This document shows, piece by piece, positions 1-13,599 of a stretch of DNA of 64,000 nucleotides. Positions within the stretch are counted from its first letter, which is position 1, and each line of letters starts with the position of its first letter. Source of the DNA: Lama glama. Taxonomy: Eukaryota. The notes under the pieces were generated by a model that did not search any database, was not told where the DNA came from, and worked only from the letters and a program-made list of their open reading frames with translations. The position numbers and the translations under genes were made by a program. The DNA is taken from positions 1,550,001 to 1,614,000 of the forward strand of contig CM052816.1 in NCBI GenBank assembly GCA_028534125.1, in the 5' to 3' direction.

Positions 1-404
1 TGGCCTCAGACGTCCCTGGGCAGACAGAGCTCAGGGCAGAGCAGCCATGGGGAGGATGCTGGGCTTCTGAGGTGGGGTGGAGGGGCTGCACCCTGTGCGT
101 GCCTGGACAGGGCTGGCCAGGGATTTCTGCTGGACCGTGTTACTCCCCACAGAGGTCAGGTGGCGCTGAGGACAAGCTACCTCACCCAGCAGCAGAGCCG
201 GGCCCAGGCCCACCTGACCTGCTGGCGGAGCAGGGCTTCTTGTGTCTGCTCACTCCGTCACCCTGACTGGAAGATGGCCACGTGTCTCCAAGCATCTAGT
301 GCTCAGCCACCAGGGCGTTCATGACGGTGGAGAGCTCTCTGATTCTGCAGGATTTGTCTGATAGCCTGTCTCCCAGCATGAAGGAGAAGTAAGGCACCTC
401 CCAC

Positions 405-560
405 TTACTTCTTTTAATCCTTAAAACAAACCAGAGATACAGGCATTTATTATCCACTCCTTAGAGCCTGGGGAAACTGAGGTTCAAAGAGATCAACTGT
501 GCTGCCTAAAGTCAGCGAGGAGGTGCTAAGGGGGGATGTGCATTTAAGACTCTGCCTTTG
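405..560 (-). mobile_element. MIR SINE fragment
   Basis: Reverse MIR core: 'ttttaatcc...ggggaaactgaggttcaaagagatcaactgtgctgcctaaagtca'. Confidence 0.7.
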
Positions 561-1029
561 ACGCAGTCGCTTTCCCTGCTGGCCCCCACAGCTGGAATGC
601 AGTCCAGATCCGGGAAGGGGAGGCCCTGGTGTGCCTGGCAAAGGTACGTTCTGGAGGCCTCATCCTCCTTGAAGGTCTAACTGCAGCAACATGGTCATCG
701 AACCACCTCATCTAGTGCTTCCCTCCCTTTCCTGAGCTCCTCCACCTGCCCTCCTCCCTCCCCAGCAAATAACCCTCCCTTTCGTAAGGTCAGCCTGGGA
801 GCAGTTTTCTTATCATCTCTGATGTGAGTTCATTTCCCAAACCAGTGATGCCTGGCTACGCAGCTCAGCCAAACCTGGTAACATTTCTGAATTTAATTTA
901 CCTCCCTGTATAGAGGGACTCATAATTCCTCAGAGTAATATACAGTGTCCCAAGCACATTTCCATTCCCATGGTTTTATTTTGTCCCCAGGAAGTTAAAT
1001 TAATAATAATTTTTTTTTAAAAGCTCACA

Positions 1030-1230
1030 GTTATCGAGCACCTAGGTGCCAGGAAGCAAATCTGTTCACATTCGTGTTCTGGTTTTTCTTCACAATACTT
1101 CCATGGAGCAGGTATTTCATTATTTCCAGTTTATGAACTAGGAAACTGAGATTAAGTAATTTATCCAAAGTTGCCTTCCCAAGAAGTAGAGGAGACTGAA
1201 TTAAGTGCTCAGATTCCACCTTCTAATCTC
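1030..1230 (-). mobile_element. MIR SINE fragment
   Basis: 'gagcacctaggtgccagg...ggaaactgagattaagtaatttatccaaag' resembles the reverse MIR core. Confidence 0.7.
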
Positions 1231-4200
1231 CATTAGATTATAAAGCCTTCTTCCCACTTTTCAGGTGTCACGACACGTGCTTAAATTCACATCAGCAGAA
1301 TGAGGAGCAGAACCAGCCTGCGGCTTAACTTTATAGGGACGGGGCTTTTGTGACGCAATCACAGGCCTCATAAGAATGTGGAGACTCAGAGATTCGGTGA
1401 CTCCACGGAACAATCTGTGTTTGGGTGAAACCTCTAGGCGCAGCCTCCTCCCCGCCAAGGTCTGGAGGCTGCCTGAGGTCTTTCCTCAGGAGGCTGGCCC
1501 TCCCTGTCCACTGCCCTCTAAGGGAGCTCACTGGCTCTGTGCCCATGCCCATGCCCATGCCTGGAATTTACGGCCCCGGCTGCCCTTCCGCCCCGGAGGT
1601 CCTTCCACACCTTCCAGAGCCTGGACTGAGGCCTGAGGCCCAAGGACCTGGCTCTCCCAGAAGGCACTGCTCCCGGCTGGCAAGGTGCCGGCCGTGGGTG
1701 GGGTGGGCTCAGGCTGGGGCAGGGGAGGACGGAGTGGAGAGACAGTTTGATTCTGTGCCCTGACCCTGGCGTGGAGAGACGCTCGGGGGAGTTTGCGTCC
1801 CAGTGACCAGCTCCAGAAGCTTTCAGAGATCTTAGATTCCTGACTTGGCCCCGAATAACCCCCTGCTGGATCTGCTCATGTCTCCACTGCCAGAAAGCCC
1901 AAGGATGACACAAGTCCTCTCCTACGGAGACCTCCCATCCCCAAGCCCCCTTGGGTGCACACACTGGGGCCCTCCACACAGGGACGTGTCCTCCAGACAG
2001 TGTGTCTCACCCAAGGAGGTCAACCGAGGCTGGAAGGACAGCTGGGGTCAACAACACCCAACTCCCAGGGGCTGATGGCTTCATTTTATGCTTCAACTTC
2101 CCCTCCTTGCCCCCACCCCCTTCCTTCAACTTCTTATCTCTTTTCTTCTCTCTCCCATCCCAGAGCCAATACACTGTGGGTTCACCAGTTTCACTTATAA
2201 TCAGCCATGTGGCTGTTGGAAAACTACTTAACCTCTCCGTGCCTCAGCTTTTTTTTTTTTTTTTACCTGTAAAACAGGGGCGATAAAATCTTTTTAGCTT
2301 CTGAAAATTGGAAATAGAGTGTGCCAAATGTCAAATCTTTGATAAATGGCAATAATGGTAATAACTTAGTATTCCTATTATGTGGTGTGGTAAGGAAATT
2401 AGCTAAGGGGATTTCATTTTATCTCCAAGTATACCTCCCAGGTGTGTATGACATTACAGATCAAAGAATAAGCCCCTAATCAAGGCTCAGAGGCTTTTAA
2501 GAATAAAAATATGCGCATTACAGCTATAGAAAACATTGCAGGGACTGCATGAGGATCAATCATACTGTCACCCTCTGTGTGTGCACATTTCTCTTCCTTC
2601 AGGTCTCTCTTTGGTCCCCGGGTACAAGTTCTTTTCTCTGTCACTGAATAATATACACACACTCACAGTGGGTCCTTTGGGTCCTTCAGTCCTGAAGAGA
2701 GCGGAAAAATGAATTAAAAGTTCACTGCCCAAGCTCAAGAGAGAGGAAGAAACGCGCTGCGATGATGGATGGGCTCAGCCTCCTTGTCAGCAGAAGATGC
2801 TACTATAGCTGATGAGGCTGACCACGGGGACATGCTGGAGGGTGCCAGCAACACGGGGAAGAATGGTCAACAGTCCTCCACAGGTATTTTACTGTCCCAC
2901 ATTAGACTCTACCCCACATCACGCCAAGCCCCCTCTTCTCCAACCAAACGCTCTCTGGGTGTCACACCCGAGGAACAGACAACCGGGTCTAAAACTGGGA
3001 GGTCCGACGGCTAGCTCTCCAAACCGGCAGACTTCACGAAATCAGGGAGGAGGATGCGAACGCACCAAGTGCAGGAGGCAGCAAATGGACTGAGTGCTCT
3101 AAACTATGTCCAAGACTAATTATTCAAGATTGGGAATGGGGCGCTAGAGTTAAAAAGGAAAAAAAAAAATAAAAGGAGAGAGAGGGAGAAAGAAAAGAAG
3201 CCTCTTACCTAAACTGAAATCCTTCCCCTGACGAAGCACACATCTGGGACTCACGGGGACCCCGTGGCAGCAAGCCACCTACTAGCTCTCCACCAGGACC
3301 CTGCCCAGTCGCTGCGCCGTGGGGACGGCACGCAGGCTGTGCTTCGCGAGGGGCTGACAGAACTTTTCTCCGACAGTATTCCTGCCAAAGTTCGTTTTCA
3401 AGCCATGGTTCATAAATACACAGTATTCCAGCAAAAAAGTACAGAATGTCCTCCTGAGGTTGACAAGCAAATAGTTTCATAAATAACCCTCTTGACACGT
3501 GCAAGATGTTAACATTTTTGAGGTTTCGGGTAGGGGCAGACACGGATTTAATTGCTCGATTCAGTCTGGAGCCACTCTGGACTTGGACGTTACCTCTTGG
3601 GGGCCGATGGAAATGTTTTCCTTGGCTTGAGAAAACTGGTGTTGCTTGTCAGCACTGAGGACAAAGGCCTCTCCTCAGAAAATTCTGGGCCAGTGGGCGG
3701 CACAGGTGAATCTGGCCAGATCTGTATGCTAGGGGACCCGCGCTGGGGCATCAAATACAATGCAGTCCCGCATACAGGAGGAGGGCTGGGCTGAGCCACA
3801 GTGCTGGCCGTCTTAGAGGTACTGAGTGCCCAGCTGGGAGATGTGTGTGTAAAGAAGGAAAAGCTCCAAAGAAGCCTCTTATTTTGATAGTGATACTTTA
3901 CCCCCTTTTAAACAGCAAATTTTGGGCAAAACCTGGAACGGGCCAGATCAAACACTGAGTCTGGGGGGATTTTAGTATCAGAAGCACCACTGGATATTAA
4001 AGTAGTTCGTGGGATAGACTGAGGTTTGTCAGAAATGCCTGTCATACTGCCCCTATCACATTGCTAGAATTTCCACCTCTTAAGTCCACTAGGGTCCAGC
4101 TTAGTCACATGCAGAGGGTTGTCTGGTTCTAATGAATGAGGACATTACACTCCAGAGTATCTCTGTATCATTGTATGATGCTTCCAAGTTTACCAGGCCT

Positions 4201-5409
4201 TCTCTCATCCACAACTACAGCTGAGCCCTGGAATAGCCCCACGACACAAATAGGGCAGGCACCATAATTCCCATTTCACAGATGGAAATGCAGAAGCCAG
4301 GTGAAAGCAAGAAAATAGCCCAGGGATCCCAGATAGTAACCGGCAAAGTGGGGAGTCACATTTGGGCCCTCGGCCTCTGGAAGCTCTGTCAACAAACAGC
4401 TTATCAGACATGCTAGGAAAGCAGAGAGCAGGGCCAAGGGGAAATGAGCCCTAGGAGAGGAAGATTTCCATGAGGGACAATGAGAGGAAGGCTCTGAGCC
4501 TACTGGAGACTCTGTTCTGATGGGAGGCCCACAGTGTCTGACTTTCATTATACCTTAACCAGGCGTTGGGAAGGTAAGCAGTCACACCAGTAACCTCTCA
4601 CTCCAACCTTGTGGCTGAAGCTGGTGACAGACACAACGACACCATGATGTTCTGAGGTGTGAGAAGGGCATCTGCAGCTCTCAATTACAATATATCAACG
4701 GACTGCACGGCAGCCTGATTCTGTGGATGGTTCTGAATTCACCTGGGAAGACAGGAGCTTTCTACATTTTTTCAGAGTAAGAAATCTTTCCATCCTCTCA
4801 TTTACTAGGCATGCTGTGTTTCTATCCATTGACTGAAAGGTCTAAATCAGACTGCAATGAATGTTAAGATAAAGATAATAGTAGTAAGCACTGTCATCTG
4901 ACGGCTGAGTCAGGTAGCAGCACCTGATCTGAGCACTGGATATACGTACGCAATTTACTGAGTGGGTTGCACTCAAGAGGCACAACCGGGAAGTGGATTT
5001 CTTTTGCCCTCCTAATTCTGCACCCTTGAATGCTCTGCAGATTCCCGCCTCGCCCCTTGGTGACATCTTGGATAGTTCCATCCCCTCCTTTCTCATCAGT
5101 TTAAGTTTTGACAACAAGTTGTGTTTTGTTTGTTCACACTCAATTCTGGTATTAAATGGTCCCCTCGAAGTGAGACCAAAACTTTAATCTCCCATCTCAT
5201 TCAAGGTCCCCCCTAGCCCTCCAACTGTAAGGATCTGCACTGGGGATTGCTGGGAGAGCATAATCTCTTTTCTCACTGGTACTTAACTTTCTTTCCTGTC
5301 CCCATGACTGGCTGGCTTTTTCAGAGTCATGGTACAGGTGTGGATTAAGCGAAGAGAGACCCCCTACAGGGCTGCTGAAATCAGTCATCAGTGCCCAGTC
5401 TTTGGCAGG

Positions 5410-5595
5410 TATATATGTGTACCTAAACCTTACTACAACACAGGCCAGCTGGTTCTAATTATTCCCATTTTAAAGATGAGGATACTGAGGCTCAGAGAGT
5501 TCAGCGACTCGCCAAATGACACACAGCGAGGCAGTGGAAGAGTCTGGACTGGGTCTCACTCTGATCTACCTGATCCCAAAGCTGGCGTTCTTAAC
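5410..5595 (-). mobile_element. MIR SINE fragment
   Basis: 'attattcccattttaaagatgaggatactgaggctcagagagttcagcgactcgcc' is a typical reverse MIR core. Confidence 0.75.
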
Positions 5596-6679
5596 ATGGG
5601 ACATGAAAACAGAGAGAAAGCCATTAGCCAAAAAGTCTGCCGACGCAGCTGAAGATAGAAGTGGGAAGGACAAATTCTCAAATTTGTGTCCTGTTTATAT
5701 TTGTTTTCTTTCAAATAATTGTCATTTGTTGGTCCAAATAACAATATCTAAGAGCCTTGATTTCGGTTGTCTATGACCAATGGTGGGACCAGAGCAGCCC
5801 AGTTAATCTGGTGAAAACTAAATCACGCTGGTCTTCATTGACAAGCACAAATGGCTGAGGCGAAGGTGAGGGAGCCAAGTACAAATAACAACGCCGTTAG
5901 AGATGACAACAGAAGTGTGATTAAAGAACGCGCTAACCAGAGCTCCCTGTGTGATGTCAGTCCTCTCACCGATCTCCTGCTTGTCGTCAAATTAGTAATT
6001 ACACGCAACCTGCGAACACGGATTTTCCCTTTCAAAATGCATTCACATCTGTGACCGCTTTTATTGTGTCCCCTGCAATACGGCCGCTGGGGCAGGGATT
6101 GCATTGTTGCCCCATCGTCACATAAGAAAGCTGAGACCCGTGAAGATGAAGGAATATGGAGTTCCTCCAGCAGGTGAATGGCAGGTAAGGACTGGAGACC
6201 TCACCTCTCCCTCGAGTCCTTCACTTAAGTGACACTTCAACAGCACGTTCAGACAGGCCTCAGGGAAAGCCGCTGTCCTCAGCTGTCTGTGTAGCTGAGC
6301 TCCTGCCAGGTTGCCATTGCAGGAGGCAGGGGAGAGCCCTCCCACCTGCCTGTGTCTTGCTTTTGTTCCATCTCCCTGTCTTCACTCTCACTGTACACAT
6401 TCACTTCTGTGCATTTTTTTTCTTTTTCAGGAGAAGACAGAAGACAAATCAAGGGTCTGAACACACAGGGAGAAACTTGATCCTGTCCTGTCTCTAGGGG
6501 ACCCACAGGCACTGCCTCCTGCATCCCCTCCTGTTCTGTCCAAGGCAAACACTGGGAGGAACAATAATTTCAGTAGTAACTCCTGTCTGCTGAACACTTA
6601 CTTTGCGTTAGGCATGGTGCTGGGTGTTTTGCATGCATTTTTTCCTTTCTCCCTTCAACTACTGGAGAAAAAGGGACTT

Positions 6680-7011
6680 CAGATCCACAGTGTTTGCTCT
6701 AAACCCCTAGAGGCCAGGTATATTTCGAATTCAGAATTTTTTAATTGTTAGAAAGGTAAATAGTACACCTGCTATATGTTATCGAACCCCAGCAGGGTCT
6801 ACACCCATGTTTAGTTATCAAACGCACTGATACTTCTGTGATGAAACACAGAAACAATCACAAGAGGCATAAAATAAAAGCTGTAAACAGCATCATGTCA
6901 ATAAAGGTCAGCTTTTGCCACCTGGTCGACATATGACAAACTTAGTAAAGAAGCTTGTAGTTTTCGGAGCTCTTTAGATTGTGGAATCACAGAGGATGGA
7001 AAGTGGATCTG
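6680..7011 (+). mobile_element. Tc1/mariner (Tigger-type, MER46C-like) non-autonomous DNA transposon inserted in a MIR
   Basis: Terminal inverted repeats cagatccac (6680) and gtggatctg (7003-7011), followed by TA. Internal 'ggccaggtatatttcgaattcagaattttt' recalls MER46C. MIR sequence lies on both sides (about 6590-6660 and 7012-7130). Confidence 0.7.
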
Positions 7012-7279
7012 TATTATTATGCTCATTTTACAGACGTAGATGCAGACATTCAGGGAGTTTCCATGACTCGGCAGAACCACAGAGCTGCCGAGTGGCAGAG
7101 CTGGGGCACCAACCCACGCCTGCTGATTCTAGCACCTGCTCCATCAGCCACAAGACCTGCATGGAACGTTTGTCTCTGGAAGCGTCAGACACAGACGTCA
7201 ACACCAACAAACAGCTATAACTTCCATTCACCAAGGGTAGTGGTGGCAGAACCTTTGGAATATCTCAATCCAGATTTAA

Positions 7280-7452
7280 AATCCTTGCTACTAAGGGATC
7301 GTCCACAAACTAACAACACTGGCATCACCAGGGGCTTGCTGGAAATGCAAGATCTCAGGCCTCACCCCACCTCTGAATCAGAAATGCATGTTAACAAGCT
7401 CCCTGAGTGGTTTGCCGGCTGGCACAGCCTGGTTTGAGCAGCTCTGGTCTAA
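7280..7452. mobile_element. MER5A-like hAT-Charlie MITE
   Basis: 'ggcatcaccaggggcttgctggaaatgcaagatctcaggcctcaccccacctctgaatcagaaatgcatgttaacaagctccc' matches the MER5A core as I recall it. Confidence 0.75.
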
Positions 7453-7459
7453 GGCTCTT

Positions 7460-7635
7460 TTCTTGTATGATCTCATTTAATCCTCACAGTAACCCCATGA
7501 GGTAGGTGCTATTGTCACCTTAGACAGCCGAGGAAAGGGAGGTCCAGAGAGATTAATAACTCGCCCAAGGTCATACAACTGGTAGGTTCCAGATACAACA
7601 GGTTGGCCTGACTCCAGGGCCCACTGTTTACCACC
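7460..7635 (-). mobile_element. MIR SINE fragment
   Basis: 'tctcatttaatcctcacagtaaccccatgaggtaggtgctatt...aactcgcccaaggtcatac'. Confidence 0.75.
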
Positions 7636-7809
7636 TCACTGTTCTTTTTCTCGCAGGCAGGAAGTGAGGTCCAGGACACAGTCAGGGGCATTGGATAAGC
7701 GTGCTGCTTTTGTTAGTAAGGACAGAGATGAAGCTCAAATTGCAGATTGGTGATTCCAAGGAGCCTTCCCTCTCCTGTCCCCACGTGCCCTCCCTCAGTG
7801 CCTTTATCT

Positions 7810-8210
7810 GACGACAGTAGCCAGCAGACTTGTTTACACCTTTGCTCATTCTCTTCCTCCTGGACACATGGTATATCTTCACTTCCTTGCCCGCTTCAAC
7901 ACAAGCAGGGCCATGTGACCTGCACTGGCCAAAGAAACGCGAGCGAAAGAGCTATGCATCATTTCCAGGCTGGTGCATTTAGTTGTCAACGCCAGACAGT
8001 GTAGCACCTCCGACCCCTGGAAGTGGTCCTGGAAGCATGTGGGAAGATGAAGGCTTTGTCGGCCTGGGACCCTGACTGATCACAAGGACCCCCTACTAAA
8101 CGCACACAGGACAGAGCAGGAGTAAGAAGCAAACCTTTGTGCTTTGAAGCCTCTGAGGTCTGAGGGGTTGTTTGTTACCCTGGCATAACCCGGCCAGTCC
8201 TGGCTGATTC
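7810..8210 (+). mobile_element. MaLR LTR (MLT1I/J-like)
   Basis: 'ggccatgtgacctgcactggccaa' and a 3' end 'aaacctttgtgctttgaagcctctgagg...gttgtttgttaccctggcataacc' typical of older MLT1. Confidence 0.65.
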
Positions 8211-8924
8211 TCTGACTCATCCTCCTCTGCTCTGGAGAGGCTGATTTACGCTGCAGGAATGCCCGCCAGCAGCTCTGCGGGTGGGAAAAATGTACCTGTT
8301 TTTATGTATCCAAGCTAATAGCCCCTTTCTCTCTCTTTCTTGTGAGAGTTCGTCCCCTTCTCCTCCTTTCTTTCTCGGAGCCAAATTTATTTCTGATTTG
8401 TTTCCCTTGTTCAACCTCTACAACTCCTTATTTTCCAAGGCTATTTTTAGTGGCTCCATTCTACCCTGAAGGAAATAGTTCACATCTTGGTACCCAGGGC
8501 TTTTTTAGCAACTTCTAATGGGAGAGGATAGTACATATCAACAATTCTTTTAGCCACCATGTCATTTCCCCAAGAGGCTCAGAGAAGAACAAAATGTCTC
8601 TAACAAATGAGTTTTGGATATTAATCTCCAAACTCTTCATTGCACATGATCCTCCCTGATGCAAACAAAGAGATTTTAACTGTCCTTGGCTTCTCTCCTT
8701 TTGGAGGTTAAGCCTGGGCTCCTTATACCTGGTGATTCCCCACACCTACTGAATCAGTCTTTGGGAGTGGGGCGCAAAAATCTTGTCTTTTACAAGATCC
8801 TTGAGTGGTTTATCTACAGACAATTTGAGAACAGGTGTTTGGGAGGGCCACACATGTTTGTCATAACTCATCCCCGCTCATCTAGAACTCACCAATGATT
8901 AGAAATATAATTTAAAGCAACATC

Positions 8925-9552
8925 CCCCATGAATGTTTATAGCAACTTTATTCATACTTGCTAAAGCTTGGAAACAATCAAAATATCCTTCAGCAGGTGA
9001 ATGAATCAATACACTGTGATACATCCAGACAATGGAACGCCAAAAAGAAATGAGCTATCTAGCCAAGAAAAGACATGGAGAAACTTAAATGCATATTACT
9101 AAGTGAAAGGAGACAACCTGAAAAAGCTACATACTGTATAATTCCAACTACATAACACTCTGGAAAAGGCAAAACTATCGAGACAGTGAAAGGATCAGTG
9201 GTTGCCAGGGGCCACTGGGAAAGGAGGAATGAACAGGTGGAGCACAGAGGATTTTTAGGGCAGTGAAACTATTCTGCATGACACTACAATGGTGGGTGTA
9301 TGTTACCACACATTTGTCAAAACCCAGAGAATGTGCAACACCAAGAATGCAGCCTAATATAAATTATGGACTTTGATGATAATGATATGTCAATGCAGGC
9401 TTATCAGTTGTAACAAATGACCCACTCTGGCATGGGATGCTGACAGTGGGGGAGGTTGTGCATGTGTGCGGGGCGGAGGTAATATGGGAATTTGTTTCTG
9501 CTCAACTTTGCTGTGAACCAAACACTTCCCTAAAAAACAAAGTCTTAAAAAA
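8925..9552 (+). mobile_element. Old L1 (L1MB/L1MC-like) 3' end
   Basis: 'atgtttatagcaactttattcat...atgcatattactaagtgaaag...ggaaaaggcaaaacta...cagtggttgccagggg...ctgctcaactttgctgtgaacc' with an A-rich end. Confidence 0.8.
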
Positions 9553-12500
9553 CTACATTCTCTTTCATGATTCTAGAAGAAATTTTGTGTCCCTGTGAGC
9601 AAGGCTAAAGGAGACATTGAACACTCTGCTTCTTCTATGGATTTGCCATTCGCCATTCAGAGTTTTCCATCTTACCGAGAGGGCCAGTCAGGACAAAAGA
9701 AGCATCAAACTGTAGACGTGGTCTTGCGAGGAAGTGCTTAAGCCATGGACTGGATAACCAGGGTGAGTGAGGCCCTGTTTGAGGCAAGTCGTGACCTATT
9801 TCTTATCCAGCAATTTGCAGCCAGTCTGTTTTGCCATCTCTAGGCTGAGGAAGGTATGGCTTTGTATGCTCTGTATTTCTTTTAAGGTGGAAGGCATGGT
9901 CATGATGGCTTACAGAGACTAGGAAGGACCCTAGGAGCAATCAGGCAAAAGGGCAGTGTGTATCAAAGAAGCATCTGGCGGAGAGAAGTCCAAACAGAAC
10001 AGCGGCAAGGAGTCAAGGGATACACAAAATTTGGAAGGTAGGAGGTCGGAAGTCAGACAAATAGACTGGGCAAAGGGTGGGAGGCAGGAGCACTTGACCA
10101 ATCAGAAAGCCTCTGATCAACTTCCTTCTACAGGGGGGCCCACGTGAAGCAGAGACAGCCACCTTGGGGTCCAGTGGTGGCTGCCCTGGTAAAGAACAAG
10201 CAAGGTCACCTCCCTGCAGAGGGAGGGAAGTGCTCCGAGCCCAGGATGGCTCGTTGCTGGAGCATGTGACAAGTTTAGCCAGTTTTCACAAGTCCTCCAG
10301 AACCAGCCACTGAAATGGGGAGCCACCTCTAAGGAGAAGAAGCTGCTGAGAGACAGTCCAGGAGGCGTCTCTGTCAGACCACAGTGTGGCCTTGTGCTTA
10401 TTGCCCTACACACATCCTTTCCTTCGTCCCAGTTCTGTTTAAGTTAACTAGCCATCAAAACCTTTCCCTTTGATACACTTTGTGAATATTTTAAGAGAAC
10501 ATCTGTTAACACTTAAAATGAATAAAAACAAAAGGACCAGCCTAGTTGTGGGTGGCTGTGCAAACGTAACTGACGTTGAACACCCATGTCACAAAGCAAG
10601 CTGAAATTCGCTGGACTCGTGTTTAGACAGTAGATGCACACCAATGGTAATAGTAGTAGTTGTTGTAGTAGTAATAGTAATCATAAAGAGATGTTAGCCT
10701 CCGAGCCTGTCTGCTATGGTTCAGAGATTTGCGGCTGGGCAGGTCTGGCTCGGGGCCAGTTATCTGGACTTCCCTGTGGTTTTCCGGCTTTCTCTCCTCT
10801 GCTGTAACCCACCTGCAGCACAGGACCCGGTATAATTTACACCACTGTGCGAAAAAGTGTGATTGTCAATGTGACGCCTGTTTTAGGAGAAGGGCTCCCT
10901 AAATCTTATTTTAACTGTGGGATCAAAGTGTAAATCTGCCGATGCTGGGCTTTAAGGTTGAGGGGGTTGGGGCACGTGGCAGTATTTGGGTGAGTGCAGC
11001 CTGGTGACACCGGGGCTTGTTAGGGCTTCCCCCACAGTCCTTGAAAGCAGACTTCACATTAACAAGTGAAAACTGTTGCCAGCTGTAAAGGATCACTAGA
11101 TGGCAAAACGAGTTATTTTTCTTATTACCGGTGACCAAGAGCAGATGCCGACACCAAGGGAAGACCACGGGGAACTGGAGGAGTGATGGCCTAAAGGTGA
11201 ATGATTAATAATTTCCAAGTGCTAGGGTGTGGCAGTTCAGAAGCAGCTGTTCTCACAGCCACTAGTGCCAGAAAAATACGTACTGATGACAGCAGGAGGA
11301 GGAAGTTAAAAAAGATATAGAACAATATTAACTACAAGAGGGGGTGGAGATAGTACTCATGCAGTCATTCAGTCAGCAAGCACTTATTAAGCACCTACTA
11401 TGCACCAGGAATTGTGCTAGTATTGAGAGTATAAAGATTAAAGCCAAAGAAAGCCTCTGCCCTCCATTGCTCACAGAACCCTGAGCCGACTTGAGTGTAA
11501 GCTCCTCAAGTCAGGAGCTCAGTGGCCCCGGCACCACATCCCCACATACACGTCCTCCTGCTAGAAGATGCCTCGTGGAAACTCCTTGCATGAATGGCTG
11601 AACTAAGACCGAACCGGTTGGCAGGACGAGGAACTCATCAGGTGTCACGGAGCCTTTTCTCCAGCCTGGAGCTGCTATATTTCTGCCTGGAGGCAGGAGG
11701 GTGGCTGACAGAGATCTACGTTCAACTGAAGCCCCAGCTTATCTTTAGGCCTAATTCCCTGGGGTGCTGGTTATTGAGAATGTTGCCCAGCCTCTGGAGG
11801 AGGCCAAGTTTAACAAGTCAGACCTGAAACTTCACCAACCCTCCAAGCTGAGTTCTTGGGCCAACTGTTTATATTTAATTGTGTGTTGTCACCAGTCATC
11901 TGCTGCTCCAAGAACACAGGACGCTGCTTCCAAAGCAGATACCATTTTTGGAGCTGCACTTCCCGAATCTTGACGACCAGAGTCAAAACAGCGCCTGGCA
12001 GCGTGAATGACAACTGTACGTCGGCGAGAGGCTGGATTCACTCAACTCTGAGAAAGAACTGGAAGGCTTCCACCTGCCGGTCTGCCTCTGCGGGAAGAGA
12101 TGGGTGAGGTGCGGTCGCCACACACCATTTGCATCTGGCTGGGTGTCCACTAGGTAGAGGCGGCAGCCTTGCCCATGAATCCCAGCCTTCTCCTTTCTGT
12201 GCATTTTGAGCCCTTCCCGATTCCCTTGAAGACCACTGGATGACACCCGCACAAAGGCCTTTCTGCTGCGAGAGCTCCTCCCTGTTGCTTTTCCTTCCTT
12301 TTTGTCTTCACATCTCAATAAACCCTTCTCATCTCATATTTATCAAACGCAACCACAAAGGGACCACTTAATTAACAGGCTGCCATTGTGTGGAGGATGA
12401 CTTGGAAGCTTAAAGCCATTTAAGAAATCCCACACTGTTCCAGACGACAAAAACAGTGGGACGCGCCATCTGGGAGGGTGCTTCTGCCGAAACAGATGCC

Positions 12501-13599
12501 AGTGTTTCCGTGATTAGGGACCTAATATTATAACATCATAGTACGCGGTGCCATTTGGTTAGGAGAGACAGCCTTGTGAGCGTGTGTTCTCAGGTCTCGC
12601 CTGCTTGGATGCAGCCAAATCATTCAGCACCAAAATATTTGCTCTGGCAAGGGGCCCCAGTTTGTATTGCTCTTGTATCTATTCTCCCACAGACCCTGTT
12701 TGAGGCTGAAAACATTGAAAGAACCCAATTAAAACTTGCCAAGACATTAACTGGCTACGACTAGCAGACAGGGAGACCATGGTCACTCAGTGCTACGAAG
12801 GGGACTGCAGGTGAATTCACAGTTTCAACAGTTTGTTTCAAGGCTAATTGATTTATGACAGGGGGACCTGAACTTTGTTTTAGAACAAAATGCCAGATCT
12901 GGTCTTTTTACTACCCTTAATCCTTGTCTCCAACTACTTCATTTAACTTATTTTATTGAGCACCTACTATGTTCCAGGCATTGTGCTGGGCTCCATAGGA
13001 GGATGAAAAAAATAAATACAATATAGATACTGCCTGTGAGAACTGAGAAAGCTTACATGTTCCCTTGAAAATGTAACAGTTAGTGTTTCCTCTATTTATA
13101 CAAGAAACATCTATTCATTATGGAAAACTAAGAAAACACAGTCAAGCAAAAATTAAACAGTGAAAACTATTCATAACCCTTAGGAATAAGATTCTGAGAG
13201 CAAACTCTTTGTGTATTTCCTTCCAGTCTTTTTTCCTTCCTGCATTATATTCTATGTAGGCAGTTCCTGTATTGCTTCTTTTCCAGGCCATTAGTCTTAT
13301 CTCTGTATGGTTGATGACTTGTCCTCAGGGGTAAAGCCTCTTCAGTTCCTTTCTGGCTATCCAAGTCCTGCTTTACACCCACTTCCTCTAGGAGGCTAAT
13401 CTCATCCCCATCAGAAAGGTCTTCTATTTCACAAGCTGTGGACATGGGCAAATCACTTAAGTTCTCTGAGCCTCAGGTTTCTTTTCAGGACACTGGAGAT
13501 TAGAACCTTGCAGAGTTGTCGTCAAAGTTAAACGAGGTGAAATGAACAAGGAGAGAGGTCAGTAAGTGGTGTGTCTCTGTTTCCTCTCTGGTTCTCTGC

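Noticed and set aside
1331..2286. Cluster of overlapping GC-rich ORFs and a (CCCATG)3 repeat
   Set aside because: Low-complexity Pro/Gly/Arg-rich translations typical of GC-rich non-coding DNA, with no domain similarity.
2769..2884. Possible coding first exon MGSASLSAEDATIADEAD... ending at CAG|GTATTT
   Set aside because: No recognisable homology, a weak donor, and no compatible downstream exon identified.
4600..4742. Good minus-strand acceptor (ctgtcttcccag|G) at 4742
   Set aside because: All three frames hit stops quickly and there is no convincing donor. It cannot be supported without RNA data.
11895..12103. Exon-like segment (caccag|...gg|gtgagg) with one open frame
   Set aside because: Weak polypyrimidine tract and a peptide I do not recognise. 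Expected by chance in 64 kb.
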